Positions 38,401-51,100 of a stretch of DNA of 64,000 bases are shown piece after piece. The notes below the pieces were generated by a model. It worked only from the letters and a program-made list of their open reading frames with translations, did no database searches and was not told the origin of the DNA. Made by a program: the position numbers and the translations under genes. Position 1 is the stretch's first letter. Every line of letters starts with the position of its first letter. Source of the DNA: Eledone cirrhosa (taxonomy: Eukaryota); NCBI GenBank assembly GCA_964016885.1, contig OZ024758.1, positions 35,774,001-35,838,000 on the forward strand. Direction: 5' to 3'.

Positions 38401-41400
38401 TCATGGTATTAGCTGACAGAAGTCACTCCACTGTTGGTGAGAATTCATTTAAGTTCATGGTACTAGCTGTCAGAAGTAACTCCAATGTTGGTGAGAATTC
38501 ATTTAAGTTCATGGTATTAGCTGTCAGAAGTAACTCCACTGTTGGTGAGAATTCATTTAAGTTCATGGTATTAGCTGTCAGAAGTAACTCCACTGTTGGT
38601 GAGAATTCATTTAAGTTCATGGTATTAGCTGTCAGAAGTAACTCCACTGTTGGTGAGAATTCATTTAAGTTCATGGTACTAGCTGTCAGAAGTAACTCCA
38701 ATGTTGGTGAGAATTCATTTAAGTTCATGGTACTAGCTGTCAGAAGTAACTCCACTGTTGGTGAAAATTCATTTAAGTTCATGGTATTAGTTTGTCAGAA
38801 GTAACTCCACTGTTGGTGAGAATTCATTTAAGTCATGGTATTAGTTGTCAGAAGTAACTCCAATGTTGGTGAGAATTCATTTAAATTCATGGTATTAGCT
38901 GTCAGAAGGAACTCCACTGTTGGTGAGAATTCATTTAAGTTCATGGTATTAGCTGTCAGAAGGAACTCCAATGTTGGTGAGAATTCATTTAAGTCATGGT
39001 ACTAGCTGTCAGAAGTAACTCCACTGTTGGTGAGAATTCATTTAAGTTCATGGTATTAGCTGTCAGAAGGAACGCCACTGTTGGTGAGAATTCATTTAAG
39101 TTCATGGTATTAGCTGTCAGAATTAACTCCACTGTTGGTGAGAATTCATTTAAGTTCATGGTACTAGCTGTCAGAAGTAACTCCAATGTTGGTGAGAATT
39201 CATTTAAGTTCATGGTATTAGCTGTCAGAAGGAACTCCACTGTTGGTGAGAATTCATTTAAGTTCATGGTATTAGCTGTCAGAAGTAACTCCACTGTTGG
39301 TGAGAATTCATTTAAGTCATGGTATTAGCTGTCAGAAGTAACTCCATTGTTGGTGAGAATTCATTTAAGTCATGGTACTAGCTGTCAGAACTAACTCCAA
39401 TGTTGGTGAGAATTCATTTAAGTCATGGTACTAGCTGTCAGAAGTAACTCCAATGTTGGTGAGAATTCATTTAAGTTCATGGTACTAGCTGTCAGAAGTA
39501 AATCCACTGTTGGTGAGAATTCATTTAAGTTCATGGTATTAGCTGTCAGAAGTAACTCCACTGTTGGTGAGAAATCATTTAAGTTCATGGTATTAGCTGT
39601 CAGAAGTAACTCCACTGTTGGTAAGAATTCATTTAAGTTCATGGTATTAGCTGTCAGATGTAACTCCACTGTTGGTGAGAATTCATTTAAGTTCATGGTA
39701 TTAGCTGTCAGAAGGAACGCCACTGTTGGTGAGAATTCATTTAAGTTCATGGTATTAGCTGTCAGAAGTAACTCCACTGTTGGTGAGAATTCATTTAAGT
39801 TCATGGTACTAGCTGTCAGAAGTATCTCCAATGTTGGTGAGAATTCATTTAAGTTCATGGTATTAGCTGTCAGAAGGAACTCCACTGTTGCTGAGAATTC
39901 ATTTAAGTTCATGGTATTAGCTGTCAGAAGTAACACCACTGTTGGTGAGAATTCATTTAAGTTCATGGTACTAGCTGTCAGAAGTAACTCCACTGTTGGT
40001 GAGAATTCATTTAAGTTCATGGTATTAGCTGTCAGAAGTAACTCCACTGTTGGTGAGAATTCATTTAAGTTCATGGTATTAGCTGACAGAAGTCACTCCA
40101 CTGTTGGTGAGAATTCATTTAAGTTCATGGTATTAGCTGTCAGAAGGAACGCCACTGTTGGTGAGAATTCATTTAAGTTCATGGTATTAGCTGTCAGAAG
40201 TAACTCCACTGTTGGTGAGAATTCATTTAAGTTCATGGTACTAGCTGTCAGAAGTAACTCCAATGTTGGTGAGAATTCATTTAAGTCATGGTACTAGCTG
40301 TCAGAAGTAACTCCAATGTTGGTGAGAATTCATTTAAGTTCATGGTATTAGCTGTCAGAAGTAACTCCACTGTTGGTGAAAATTCATTTAAGTTCATGGT
40401 ATTAGCTGTCAGAAGTAACTCCACTGTTGGTGAGCATTCATTTAAGTCATGGTATTAGCTGTCAGAAGTAACTCCAATGTTGGTGGGAATTCATTTAAGT
40501 TCATGGTATTAGCTGTCAGAAGTCACTCCACTGTTGGTGAGAATTCATTTAAGTTCATGGTACTAGCTGTCAGAAGTAACCCCAATGTTGGTGAGAATTC
40601 ATTTAAGTTCATGGTATTAGCTGTCAGAAGTCACTCCAATGTTGGTGAGAATTCATTTAAGTTCATGGTATTAGCTGTCAGAAGTAACTCCACTGTTGGT
40701 AAGAATTCATTTAAGTTCATGGTATTAGCTGTCAGAAGTAACTCCACTGTTGGTGAGAATTCATTTAAGTTCATGGTATTAGCTGTCAGAAGGAACGCCA
40801 CTGTTGGTGAGAATTCATTTAAGTTCATGGTATTAGCTGTCAGAAGTAACTCCACTGTTGGTGAGAATTCATTTAAGTTCATGGTACTAGCTGTCAGAAG
40901 TAACTCCAATGTTGGTGAGAATTCATTTAAGTTCATGGTATCAGCTGTCAGAAGGAACTCCACTGTTGCTGAGAATTCATTTAAGTTCATGGTATTAGCT
41001 GTCAGAAGTAACACCACTGTTGGTGAGAATTCATTTAAGTTCATGGTACTAGCTGTCAGAAGTAACTCCACTGTTGGTGAGAATTCATTTAAGTTCATGG
41101 TATTAGCTGTCAGAAGTAACTCCACTGTTGGTGAGAATTCATTTAAGTTCATGGTATTAGCTGACAGAAGTCACTCCACTGTTGGTGAGAATTCATTTAA
41201 GTTCATGGTACTAGCTGTCAGAAGTAACTCCAATGTTGGTGAGAATTCATTTAAGTTCATGGTATTAGCTGTCAGAAGTAACTCCACTGTTGGTGAGAAT
41301 TCATTTAAGTTCATGGTATTAGCTGTCAGAAGTAACTCCACTGTTGGTGAGAATTCATTTAAGTTCATGGTATTAGCTGTCAGAAGTAACTCCACTGTTG

Positions 41401-44400
41401 GTGAGAATTCATTTAAGTTCATGGTACTAGCTGTCAGAAGTAACTCCAATGTTGGTGAGAATTCATTTAAGTTCATGGTACTAGCTGTCAGAAGTAACTC
41501 CACTGTTGGTGAAAATTCATTTAAGTTCATGGTATTAGTTTGTCAGAAGTAACTCCACTGTTGGTGAGAATTCATTTAAGTCATGGTATTAGTTGTCAGA
41601 AGTAACTCCAATGTTGGTGAGAATTCATTTAAATTCATGGTATTAGCTGTCAGAAGGAACTCCACTGTTGGTGAGAATTCATTTAAGTTCATGGTATTAG
41701 CTGTCAGAAGGAACTCCAATGTTGGTGAGAATTCATTTAAGTCATGGTACTAGCTGTCAGAAGTAACTCCACTGTTGGTGAGAATTCATTTAAGTTCATG
41801 GTATTAGCTGTCAGAAGGAACGCCACTGTTGGTGAGAATTCATTTAAGTTCATGGTATTAGCTGTCAGAATTAACTCCACTGTTGGTGAGAATTCATTTA
41901 AGTTCATGGTACTAGCTGTCAGAAGTAACTCCAATGTTGGTGAGAATTCATTTAAGTTCATGGTATTAGCTGTCAGAAGGAACTCCACTGTTGGTGAGAA
42001 TTCATTTAAGTTCATGGTATTAGCTGTCAGAAGTAACTCCACTGTTGGTGAGAATTCATTTAAGTCATGGTATTAGCTGTCAGAAGTAACTCCATTGTTG
42101 GTGAGAATTCATTTAAGTCATGGTACTAGCTGTCAGAACTAACTCCAATGTTGGTGAGAATTCATTTAAGTCATGGTACTAGCTGTCAGAAGTAACTCCA
42201 ATGTTGGTGAGAATTCATTTAAGTTCATGGTACTAGCTGTCAGAAGTAAATCCACTGTTGGTGAGAATTCATTTAAGTTCATGGTATTAGCTGTCAGAAG
42301 TAACTCCACTGTTGGTGAGAAATCATTTAAGTTCATGGTATTAGCTGTCAGAAGTAACTCCACTGTTGGTAAGAATTCATTTAAGTTCATGGTATTAGCT
42401 GTCAGAAGTAACTCCACTGTTGGTGAGAATTCATTTAAGTTCATGGTATTAGCTGTCAGAAGGAACGCCACTGTTGGTGAGAATTCATTTAAGTTCATGG
42501 TATTAGCTGTCAGAAGTAACTCCACTGTTGGTGAGAATTCATTTAAGTTCATGGTACTAGCTGTCAGAAGTATCTCCAATGTTGGTGAGAATTCATTTAA
42601 GTTCATGGTATTAGCTGTCAGAAGGAACTCCACTGTTGCTGAGAATTCATTTAAGTTCATGGTATTAGCTGTCAGAAGTAACACCACTGTTGGTGAGAAT
42701 TCATTTAAGTTCATGGTACTAGCTGTCAGAAGTAACTCCACTGTTGGTGAGAATTCATTTAAGTTCATGGTATTAGCTGTCAGAAGTAACTCCACTGTTG
42801 GTAAGAATTCATTGAAGTTCATGGTATTAGCTGTCAGAAGTAACTCCACTGTTGGTGAGAATTCATTTAAGTTCATGGTATTAGCTGTCAGAAGGAACGC
42901 CACTGTTGGTGAGAATTCATTTAAGTTCATGGTATTAGCTGTCAGAAGTAACTCCACTGTTGGTGAGAATTCATTTAAGTTCATGGTACTAGCTGTCAGA
43001 AGTAACTCCAATGTTGGTGAGAATTCATTTAAGTTCATGGTATCAGCTGTCAGAAGGAACTCCACTGTTGCTGAGAATTCATTTAAGTTCATGGTATTAG
43101 CTGTCAGAAGTAACACCACTGTTGGTGAGAATTCATTTAAGTTCATGGTACTAGCTGTCAGAAGTAACTCCACTGTTGGTGAGAATTCATTTAAGTTCAT
43201 GGTATTAGCTGTCAGAAGTAACTCCACTGTTGGTGAGAATTCATTTAAGTTCATGGTATTAGCTGACAGAAGTCACTCCACTGTTGGTGAGAATTCATTT
43301 AAGTTCATGGTACTAGCTGTCAGAAGTAACTCCAATGTTGGTGAGAATTCATTTAAGTTCATGGTATTAGCTGTCAGAAGTAACTCCACTGTTGGTGAGA
43401 ATTCATTTAAGTTCATGGTATTAGCTGTCAGAAGTAACTCCACTGTTGGTGAGAATTCATTTAAGTTCATGGTATTAGCTGTCAGAAGTAACTCCACTGT
43501 TGGTGAGAATTCATTTAAGTTCATGGTACTAGCTGTCAGAAGTAACTCCAATGTTGGTGAGAATTCATTTAAGTTCATGGTACTAGCTGTCAGAAGTAAC
43601 TCCACTGTTGGTGAAAATTCATTTAAGTTCATGGTATTAGTTTGTCAGAAGTAACTCCACTGTTGGTGAGAATTCATTTAAGTCATGGTATTAGTTGTCA
43701 GAAGTAACTCCAATGTTGGTGAGAATTCATTTAAATTCATGGTATTAGCTGTCAGAAGGAACTCCACTGTTGGTGAGAATTCATTTAAGTTCATGGTATT
43801 AGCTGTCAGAAGGAACTCCAATGTTGGTGAGAATTCATTTAAGTCATGGTACTAGCTGTCAGAAGTAACTCCACTGTTGGTGAGAATTCATTTAAGTTAA
43901 TGGTATTAGCTGTCAGAAGGAACGCCACTGTTGGTGAGAATTCATTTAAGTTCATGGTATTAGCTGTCAGAATTAACTCCACTGTTGGTGAGAATTCATT
44001 TAAGTTCATGGTACTAGCTGTCAGAAGTAACTCCAATGTTGGTGAGAATTCATTTAAGTTCATGGTATTAGCTGTCAGAAGGAACTCCACTGTTGGTGAG
44101 AATTCATTTAAGTTCATGGTATTAGCTGTCAGAAGTAACTCCACTGTTGGTGAGAATTCATTTAAGTCATGGTATTAGCTGTCAGAAGTAACTCCATTGT
44201 TGGTGAGAATTCATTTAAGTCATGGTACTAGCTGTCAGAACTAACTCCAATGTTGGTGAGAATTCATTTAAGTCATGGTACTAGCTGTCAGAAGTAACTC
44301 CAATGTTGGTGAGAATTCATTTAAGTTCATGGTACTAGCTGTCAGAAGTAAATCCACTGTTGGTGAGAATTCATTTAAGTTCATGGTATTAGCTGTCAGA

Positions 44401-45137
44401 AGTAACTCCACTGTTGGTGAGAAATCATTTAAGTTCATGGTATTAGCTGTCAGAAGTAACTCCACTGTTGGTAAGAATTCATTTAAGTTCATGGTATTAG
44501 CTGTCAGAAGTAACTCCACTGTTGGTGAGAATTCATTTAAGTTCATGGTATTAGCTGTCAGAAGGAACGCCACTGTTGGTGAGAATTCATTTAAGTTCAT
44601 GGTATTAGCTGTCAGAAGTAACTCCACTGTTGGTGAGAATTCATTTAAGTTCATGGTACTAGCTGTCAGAAGTATCTCCAATGTTGGTGAGAATTCATTT
44701 AAGTTCATGGTATTAGCTGTCAGAAGGAACTCCACTGTTGCTGAGAATTCATTTAAGTTCATGGTATTAGCTGTCAGAAGTAACACCACTGTTGGTGAGA
44801 ATTCATTTAAGTTCATGGTACTAGCTGTCAGAAGTAACTCCACTGTTGGTGAGAATTCATTTAAGTTCATGGTATTAGCTGTCAGAAGTAACTCCACTGT
44901 TGGTGAGAATTCATTTAAGTTCATGGTATTAGCTGACAGAAGTCACTCCACTGTTGGTGAGAATTCATTTAAGTTCATGGTATTAGCTGTCAGAAGGAAC
45001 GCCACTGTTGGTGAGAATTCATTTAAGTTCATGGTATTAGCTGTCAGAAGTAACTCCACTGTTGGTGAGAATTCATTTAAGTTCATGGTACTAGCTGTCA
45101 GAAGTAACTCCAATGTTGGTGAGAATTCATTTAAGTT
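35438..45137. repeat. Tandem higher-order duplication, period 4850 bp (about 90 monomers), containing a nested 2102-bp duplication
   Basis: Matching ORFs at +4850: 35599/40449, 36894/41744, 37323/42173, 38996/43846, 39425/44275. The junction is at about 40288. Confidence 0.93.
35815..40018. repeat. Nested tandem duplication, period 2102 bp (39 monomers), also present in the downstream 4850-bp copy
   Basis: ORF starts 36894/38996 and 37323/39425 and ORF ends 36702/38804 are each 2102 apart. Downstream, starts 41744/43846/45948 and ends 41552/43654/45756 show the same spacing. Confidence 0.9.
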
Positions 45138-48100
45138 CATGGTATCAGCTGTCAGAAGGAACTCCACTGTTGCTGAGAATTCATTTAAGTTCATGGTATT
45201 AGCTGTCAGAAGTAACACCACTGTTGGTGAGAATTCATTTAAGTTCATGGTACTAGCTGTCAGAAGTAACTCCACTGTTGGTGAGAATTCATTTAAGTTC
45301 ATGGTATTAGCTGTCAGAAGTAACTCCACTGTTGGTGAGAATTCATTTAAGTTCATGGTATTAGCTGACAGAAGTCACTCCACTGTTGGTGAGAATTCAT
45401 TTAAGTTCATGGTACTAGCTGTCAGAAGTAACTCCAATGTTGGTGAGAATTCATTTAAGTTCATGGTATTAGCTGTCAGAAGTAACTCCACTGTTGGTGA
45501 GAATTCATTTAAGTTCATGGTATTAGCTGTCAGAAGTAACTCCACTGTTGGTGAGAATTCATTTAAGTTCATGGTATTAGCTGTCAGAAGTAACTCCACT
45601 GTTGGTGAGAATTCATTTAAGTTCATGGTACTAGCTGTCAGAAGTAACTCCAATGTTGGTGAGAATTCATTTAAGTTCATGGTACTAGCTGTCAGAAGTA
45701 ACTCCACTGTTGGTGAAAATTCATTTAAGTTCATGGTATTAGTTTGTCAGAAGTAACTCCACTGTTGGTGAGAATTCATTTAAGTCATGGTATTAGTTGT
45801 CAGAAGTAACTCCAATGTTGGTGAGAATTCATTTAAATTCATGGTATTAGCTGTCAGAAGGAACTCCACTGTTGGTGAGAATTCATTTAAGTTCATGGTA
45901 TTAGCTGTCAGAAGGAACTCCAATGTTGGTGAGAATTCATTTAAGTCATGGTACTAGCTGTCAGAAGTAACTCCACTGTTGGTGAGAATTCATTTAAGTT
46001 CATGGTATTAGCTGTCAGAAGGAACGCCACTGTTGGTGAGAATTCATTTAAGTTCATGGTATTAGCTGTCAGAATTAACTCCACTGTTGGTGAGAATTCA
46101 TTTAAGTTCATGGTACTAGCTGTCAGAAGTAACTCCAATGTTGGTGAGAATTCATTTAAGTTCATGGTATTAGCTGTCAGAAGGAACTCCACTGTTGGTG
46201 AGAATTCATTTAAGTTCATGGTATTAGCTGTCAGAAGTAACTCCACTGTTGGTGAGAATTCATTTAAGTTCATGGTATTAGCTGTCAGAAGTAACTCCAC
46301 TGTTGGTGAGAATTCATTTAAGTTCATGGTACTAGCTGTCAGAAGTAACTCCAATGTAGGTGAGAATTCATTTAAGTTCATGGTATTAGCTGTCAGAAGT
46401 AACTCCACTGTTGGTGAGAATTCATTTAAGTCATGGTATTAGCTGTCAGAAGTAACTCCACTGTTGGTGAGAATTCATTTAAGTTCATGGTATTAGCTGT
46501 CAGAAGTAACTCCACTGTTGGTGAGAATTCATTTAAGTTCATGGTACTAGCTGTCAGAAGTAACTCCAATGTTGGTGAGAATTCATTTAAGTTCATGGTA
46601 TTAGCTGTCAGAAGTAACTCCACTGTTGGTGAGAATTTATTTAAGTTCATGGTATTAGTTTGTCAGAAGTAACTCCACTGTTGGTGAGAATTCATTTAAG
46701 TCATGGTATTAGTTGTCAGAAGTAACTCCACTGTTGGTGAGAATTCATTTAAGTTCATGGTAATAGCTGTCAGAAGTAACTCCACTGTTGGTGAGAATTC
46801 ATTTAAGTCATGGTATTAGCTGTCAGAAGTAACTCCAATGTTGGTGAGAATTCATTTAAGTCATGGTACTAGCTGTCAGAAGTAACTCCAATGTTGGTGA
46901 GAATTCATTTAAGTTCATGGTATTAGCTGTCAGAAGTAACTCCACTGTTGGTGAAAATTCATTTAAGTTCATGGTATTAGCTGTCAGAAGTAACTCCACT
47001 GTTGGTGAGCATTCATTTAAGTCATGGTATTAGCTGTCAGAAGTAACTCCAATGTTGGTGGGAATTCATTTAAGTTCATGGTATTAGCTGTCAGAAGTCA
47101 CTCCACTGTTGGTGAGAATTCATTTAAGTTCATGGTACTAGCTGTCAGAAGTAACCCCAATGTTGGTGAGAATTCATTTAAGTTCATGGTATTAGCTGTC
47201 AGAAGTCACTCCAATGTTGGTGAGAATTCATTTAAGTTCATGGTATTAGCTGTCAGAAGTAACTCCACTGTTGGTAAGAATTCATTTAAGTTCATGGTAT
47301 TAGCTGTCAGAAGTAACTCCACTGTTGGTGAGAATTCATTTAAGTTCATGGTATTAGCTGTCAGAAGGAACGCCACTGTTGGTGAGAATTCATTTAAGTT
47401 CATGGTATTAGCTGTCAGAAGTAACTCCACTGTTGGTGAGAATTCATTTAAGTTCATGGTACTAGCTGTCAGTAGTAACTCCAATGTTGGTGAGAATTCA
47501 TTTAAGTTCATGGTATCAGCTGTCAGAAGGAACTCCACTGTTGCTGAGAATTCATTTAAGTTCATGGTATTAGCTGTCAGAAGTAACACCACTGTTGGTG
47601 AGAATTCATTTAAGTTCATGGTACTAGCTGTCAGAAGTAACTCCACTGTTGGTGAGAATTCATTTAAGTTCATGGTATTAGCTGTCAGAAGTAACTCCAC
47701 TGTTGGTGAGAATTCATTTAAGTTCATGGTATTAGCTGACAGAAGTCACTCCACTGTTGGTGAGAATTCATTTAAGTTCATGGTACTAGCTGTCAGAAGT
47801 AACTCCAATGTTGGTGAGAATTCATTTAAGTTGATGGTATTAGCTGTCAGAAGTAACTCCACTGTTGGTGAGAATTCATTTAAGTTCATGGTATTAGCTG
47901 TCAGAAGTAACTCCACTGTTGGTGAGAATTCATTTAAGTTCATGGTATTAGCTGTCAGAAGTAACTCCACTGTTGGTGAGAATTCATTTAAGTTCATGGT
48001 ACTAGCTGTCAGAAGTAACTCCAATGTTGGTGAGAATTCATTTAAGTTCATGGTACTAGCTGTCAGAAGTAACTCCACTGTTGGTGAAAATTCATTTAAG

Positions 48101-51100
48101 TTCATGGTATTAGTTTGTCAGAAGTAACTCCACTGTTGGTGAGAATTCATTTAAGTCATGGTATTAGTTGTCAGAAGTAACTCCAATGTTGGTGAGAATT
48201 CATTTAAATTCATGGTATTAGCTGTCAGAAGGAACTCCACTGTTGGTGAGAATTCATTTAAGTTCATGGTATTAGCTGTCAGAAGGAACTCCAATGTTGG
48301 TGAGAATTCATTTAAGTCATGGTACTAGCTGTCAGAAGTAACTCCACTGTTGGTGAGAATTCATTTAAGTTCATGGTATTAGCTGTCAGAAGGAACGCCA
48401 CTGTTGGTGAGAATTCATTTAAGTTCATGGTATTAGCTGTCAGAATTAACTCCACTGTTGGTGAGAATTCATTTAAGTTCATGGTACTAGCTGTCAGAAG
48501 TAACTCCAATGTTGGTGAGAATTCATTTAAGTTCATGGTATTAGCTGTCAGAAGGAACTCCACTGTTGGTGAGAATTCATTTAAGTTCATGGTATTAGCT
48601 GTCAGAAGTAACTCCACTGTTGGTGAGAATTCATTTAAGTCATGGTATTAGCTGTCAGAAGTAACTCCATTGTTGGTGAGAATTCATTTAAGTCATGGTA
48701 CTAGCTGTCAGAACTAACTCCAATGTTGGTGAGAATTCATTTAAGTCATGGTACTAGCTGTCAGAAGTAACTCCAATGTTGGTGAGAATTCATTTAAGTT
48801 CATGGTACTAGCTGTCAGAAGTAAATCCACTGTTGGTGAGAATTCATTTAAGTTCATGGTATTAGCTGTCAGAAGTAACTCCACTGTTGGTGAGAAATCA
48901 TTTAAGTTCATGGTATTAGCTGTCAGAAGTAACTCCACTGTTGGTAAGAATTCATTTAAGTTCATGGTATTAGCTGTCAGAAGTAACTCCACTGTTGGTG
49001 AGAATTCATTTAAGTTCATGGTATTAGCTGTCAGAAGGAACGCCACTGTTGGTGAGAATTCATTTAAGTTCATGGTATTAGCTGTCAGAAGTAACTCCAC
49101 TGTTGGTGAGAATTCATTTAAGTTCATGGTACTAGCTGTCAGAAGTATCTCCAATGTTGGTGAGAATTCATTTAAGTTCATGGTATTAGCTGTCAGAAGG
49201 AACTCCACTGTTGCTGAGAATTCATTTAAGTTCATGGTATTAGCTGTCAGAAGTAACACCACTGTTGGTGAGAATTCATTTAAGTTCATGGTACTAGCTG
49301 TCAGAAGTAACTCCACTGTTGGTAAGAATTCATTTAAGTTCATGGTATTAGCTGTCAGAAGTAACTCCACTGTTGGTGAGAATTCATTTAAGTTCATGGT
49401 ATTAGCTGTCAGAAGGAACGCCACTGTTGGTGAGAATTCATTTAAGTTCATGGTATTAGCTGTCAGAAGTAACTCCACTGTTGGTGAGAATTCATTTAAG
49501 TTCATGGTACTAGCTGTCAGAAGTAACTCCAATGTTGGTGAGAATTCATTTAAGTTCATGGTATCAGCTGTCAGAAGGAACTCCACTGTTGCTGAGAATT
49601 CATTTAAGTTCATGGTATTAGCTGTCAGAAGTAACACCACTGTTGGTGAGAATTCATTTAAGTTCATGGTACTAGCTGTCAGAAGTAACTCCACTGTTGG
49701 TGAGAATTCATTTAAGTTCATGGTATTAGCTGTCAGAAGGAACTCCACTGTTGGTGAGAATTCATTTAAGTTCATGGTATTAGCTGTCAGAAGGAACTCC
49801 AATGTTGGTGAGAATTCATTTAAGTCATGGTACTAGCTGTCAGAAGTAACTCCACTGTTGGTGAGAATTCATTTAAGTTCATGGTATTAGCTGTCAGAAG
49901 GAACGCCACTGTTGGTGAGAATTCATTTAAGTTCATGGTATTAGCTGTCAGAATTAACTCCACTGTTGGTGAGAATTCATTTAAGTTCATGGTACTAGCT
50001 GTCAGAAGTAACTCCAATGTTGGTGAGAATTCATTTAAGTTCATGGTATTAGCTGTCAGAAGGAACTCCACTGTTGGTGAGAATTCATTTAAGTTCATGG
50101 TATTAGCTGTCAGAAGTAACTCCACTGTTGGTGAGAATTCATTTAAGTCATGGTATTAGCTGTCAGAAGTAACTCCATTGTTGGTGAGAATTCATTTAAG
50201 TCATGGTACTAGCTGTCAGAACTAACTCCAATGTTGGTGAGAATTCATTTAAGTCATGGTACTAGCTGTCAGAAGTAACTCCAATGTTGGTGAGAATTCA
50301 TTTAAGTTCATGGTACTAGCTGTCAGAAGTAAATCCACTGTTGGTGAGAATTCATTTAAGTTCATGGTATTAGCTGTCAGAAGTAACTCCACTGTTGGTG
50401 AGAAATCATTTAAGTTCATGGTATTAGCTGTCAGAAGTAACTCCACTGTTGGTAAGAATTCATTTAAGTTCATGGTATTAGCTGTCAGAAGTAACTCCAC
50501 TGTTGGTGAGAATTCATTTAAGTTCATGGTATTAGCTGTCAGAAGGAACGCCACTGTTGGTGAGAATTCATTTAAGTTCATGGTATTAGCTGTCAGAAGT
50601 AACTCCACTGTTGGTGAGAATTCATTTAAGTTCATGGTACTAGCTGTCAGAAGTATCTCCAATGTTGGTGAGAATTCATTTAAGTTCATGGTATTAGCTG
50701 TCAGAAGGAACTCCACTGTTGCTGAGAATTCATTTAAGTTCATGGTATTAGCTGTCAGAAGTAACACCACTGTTGGTGAGAATTCATTTAAGTTCATGGT
50801 ACTAGCTGTCAGAAGTAACTCCACTGTTGGTGAGAATTCATTTAAGTTCATGGTATTAGCTGTCAGAAGTAACTCCACTGTTGGTGAGAATTCATTTAAG
50901 TTCATGGTATTAGCTGACAGAAGTCACTCCACTGTTGGTGAGAATTCATTTAAGTTCATGGTACTAGCTGTCAGAAGTAACTCCAATGTTGGTGAGAATT
51001 CATTTAAGTTCATGGTATTAGCTGTCAGAAGTAACTCCACTGTTGGTGAGAATTCATTTAAGTTCATGGTATTAGCTGTCAGAAGTAACTCCACTGTTGG

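Larger units (their letters stand above)
33552..49300. repeat. Long-range duplicated block of about 4.3 kb at offset 11425 bp (~33552-37900 vs ~44977-49300)
   Basis: Matching ORFs at +11425: ends 34331/45756, and starts 34523/45948, 35008/46433, 35599/47024, 36894/48319, 37323/48748. End points are approximate. Confidence 0.87.
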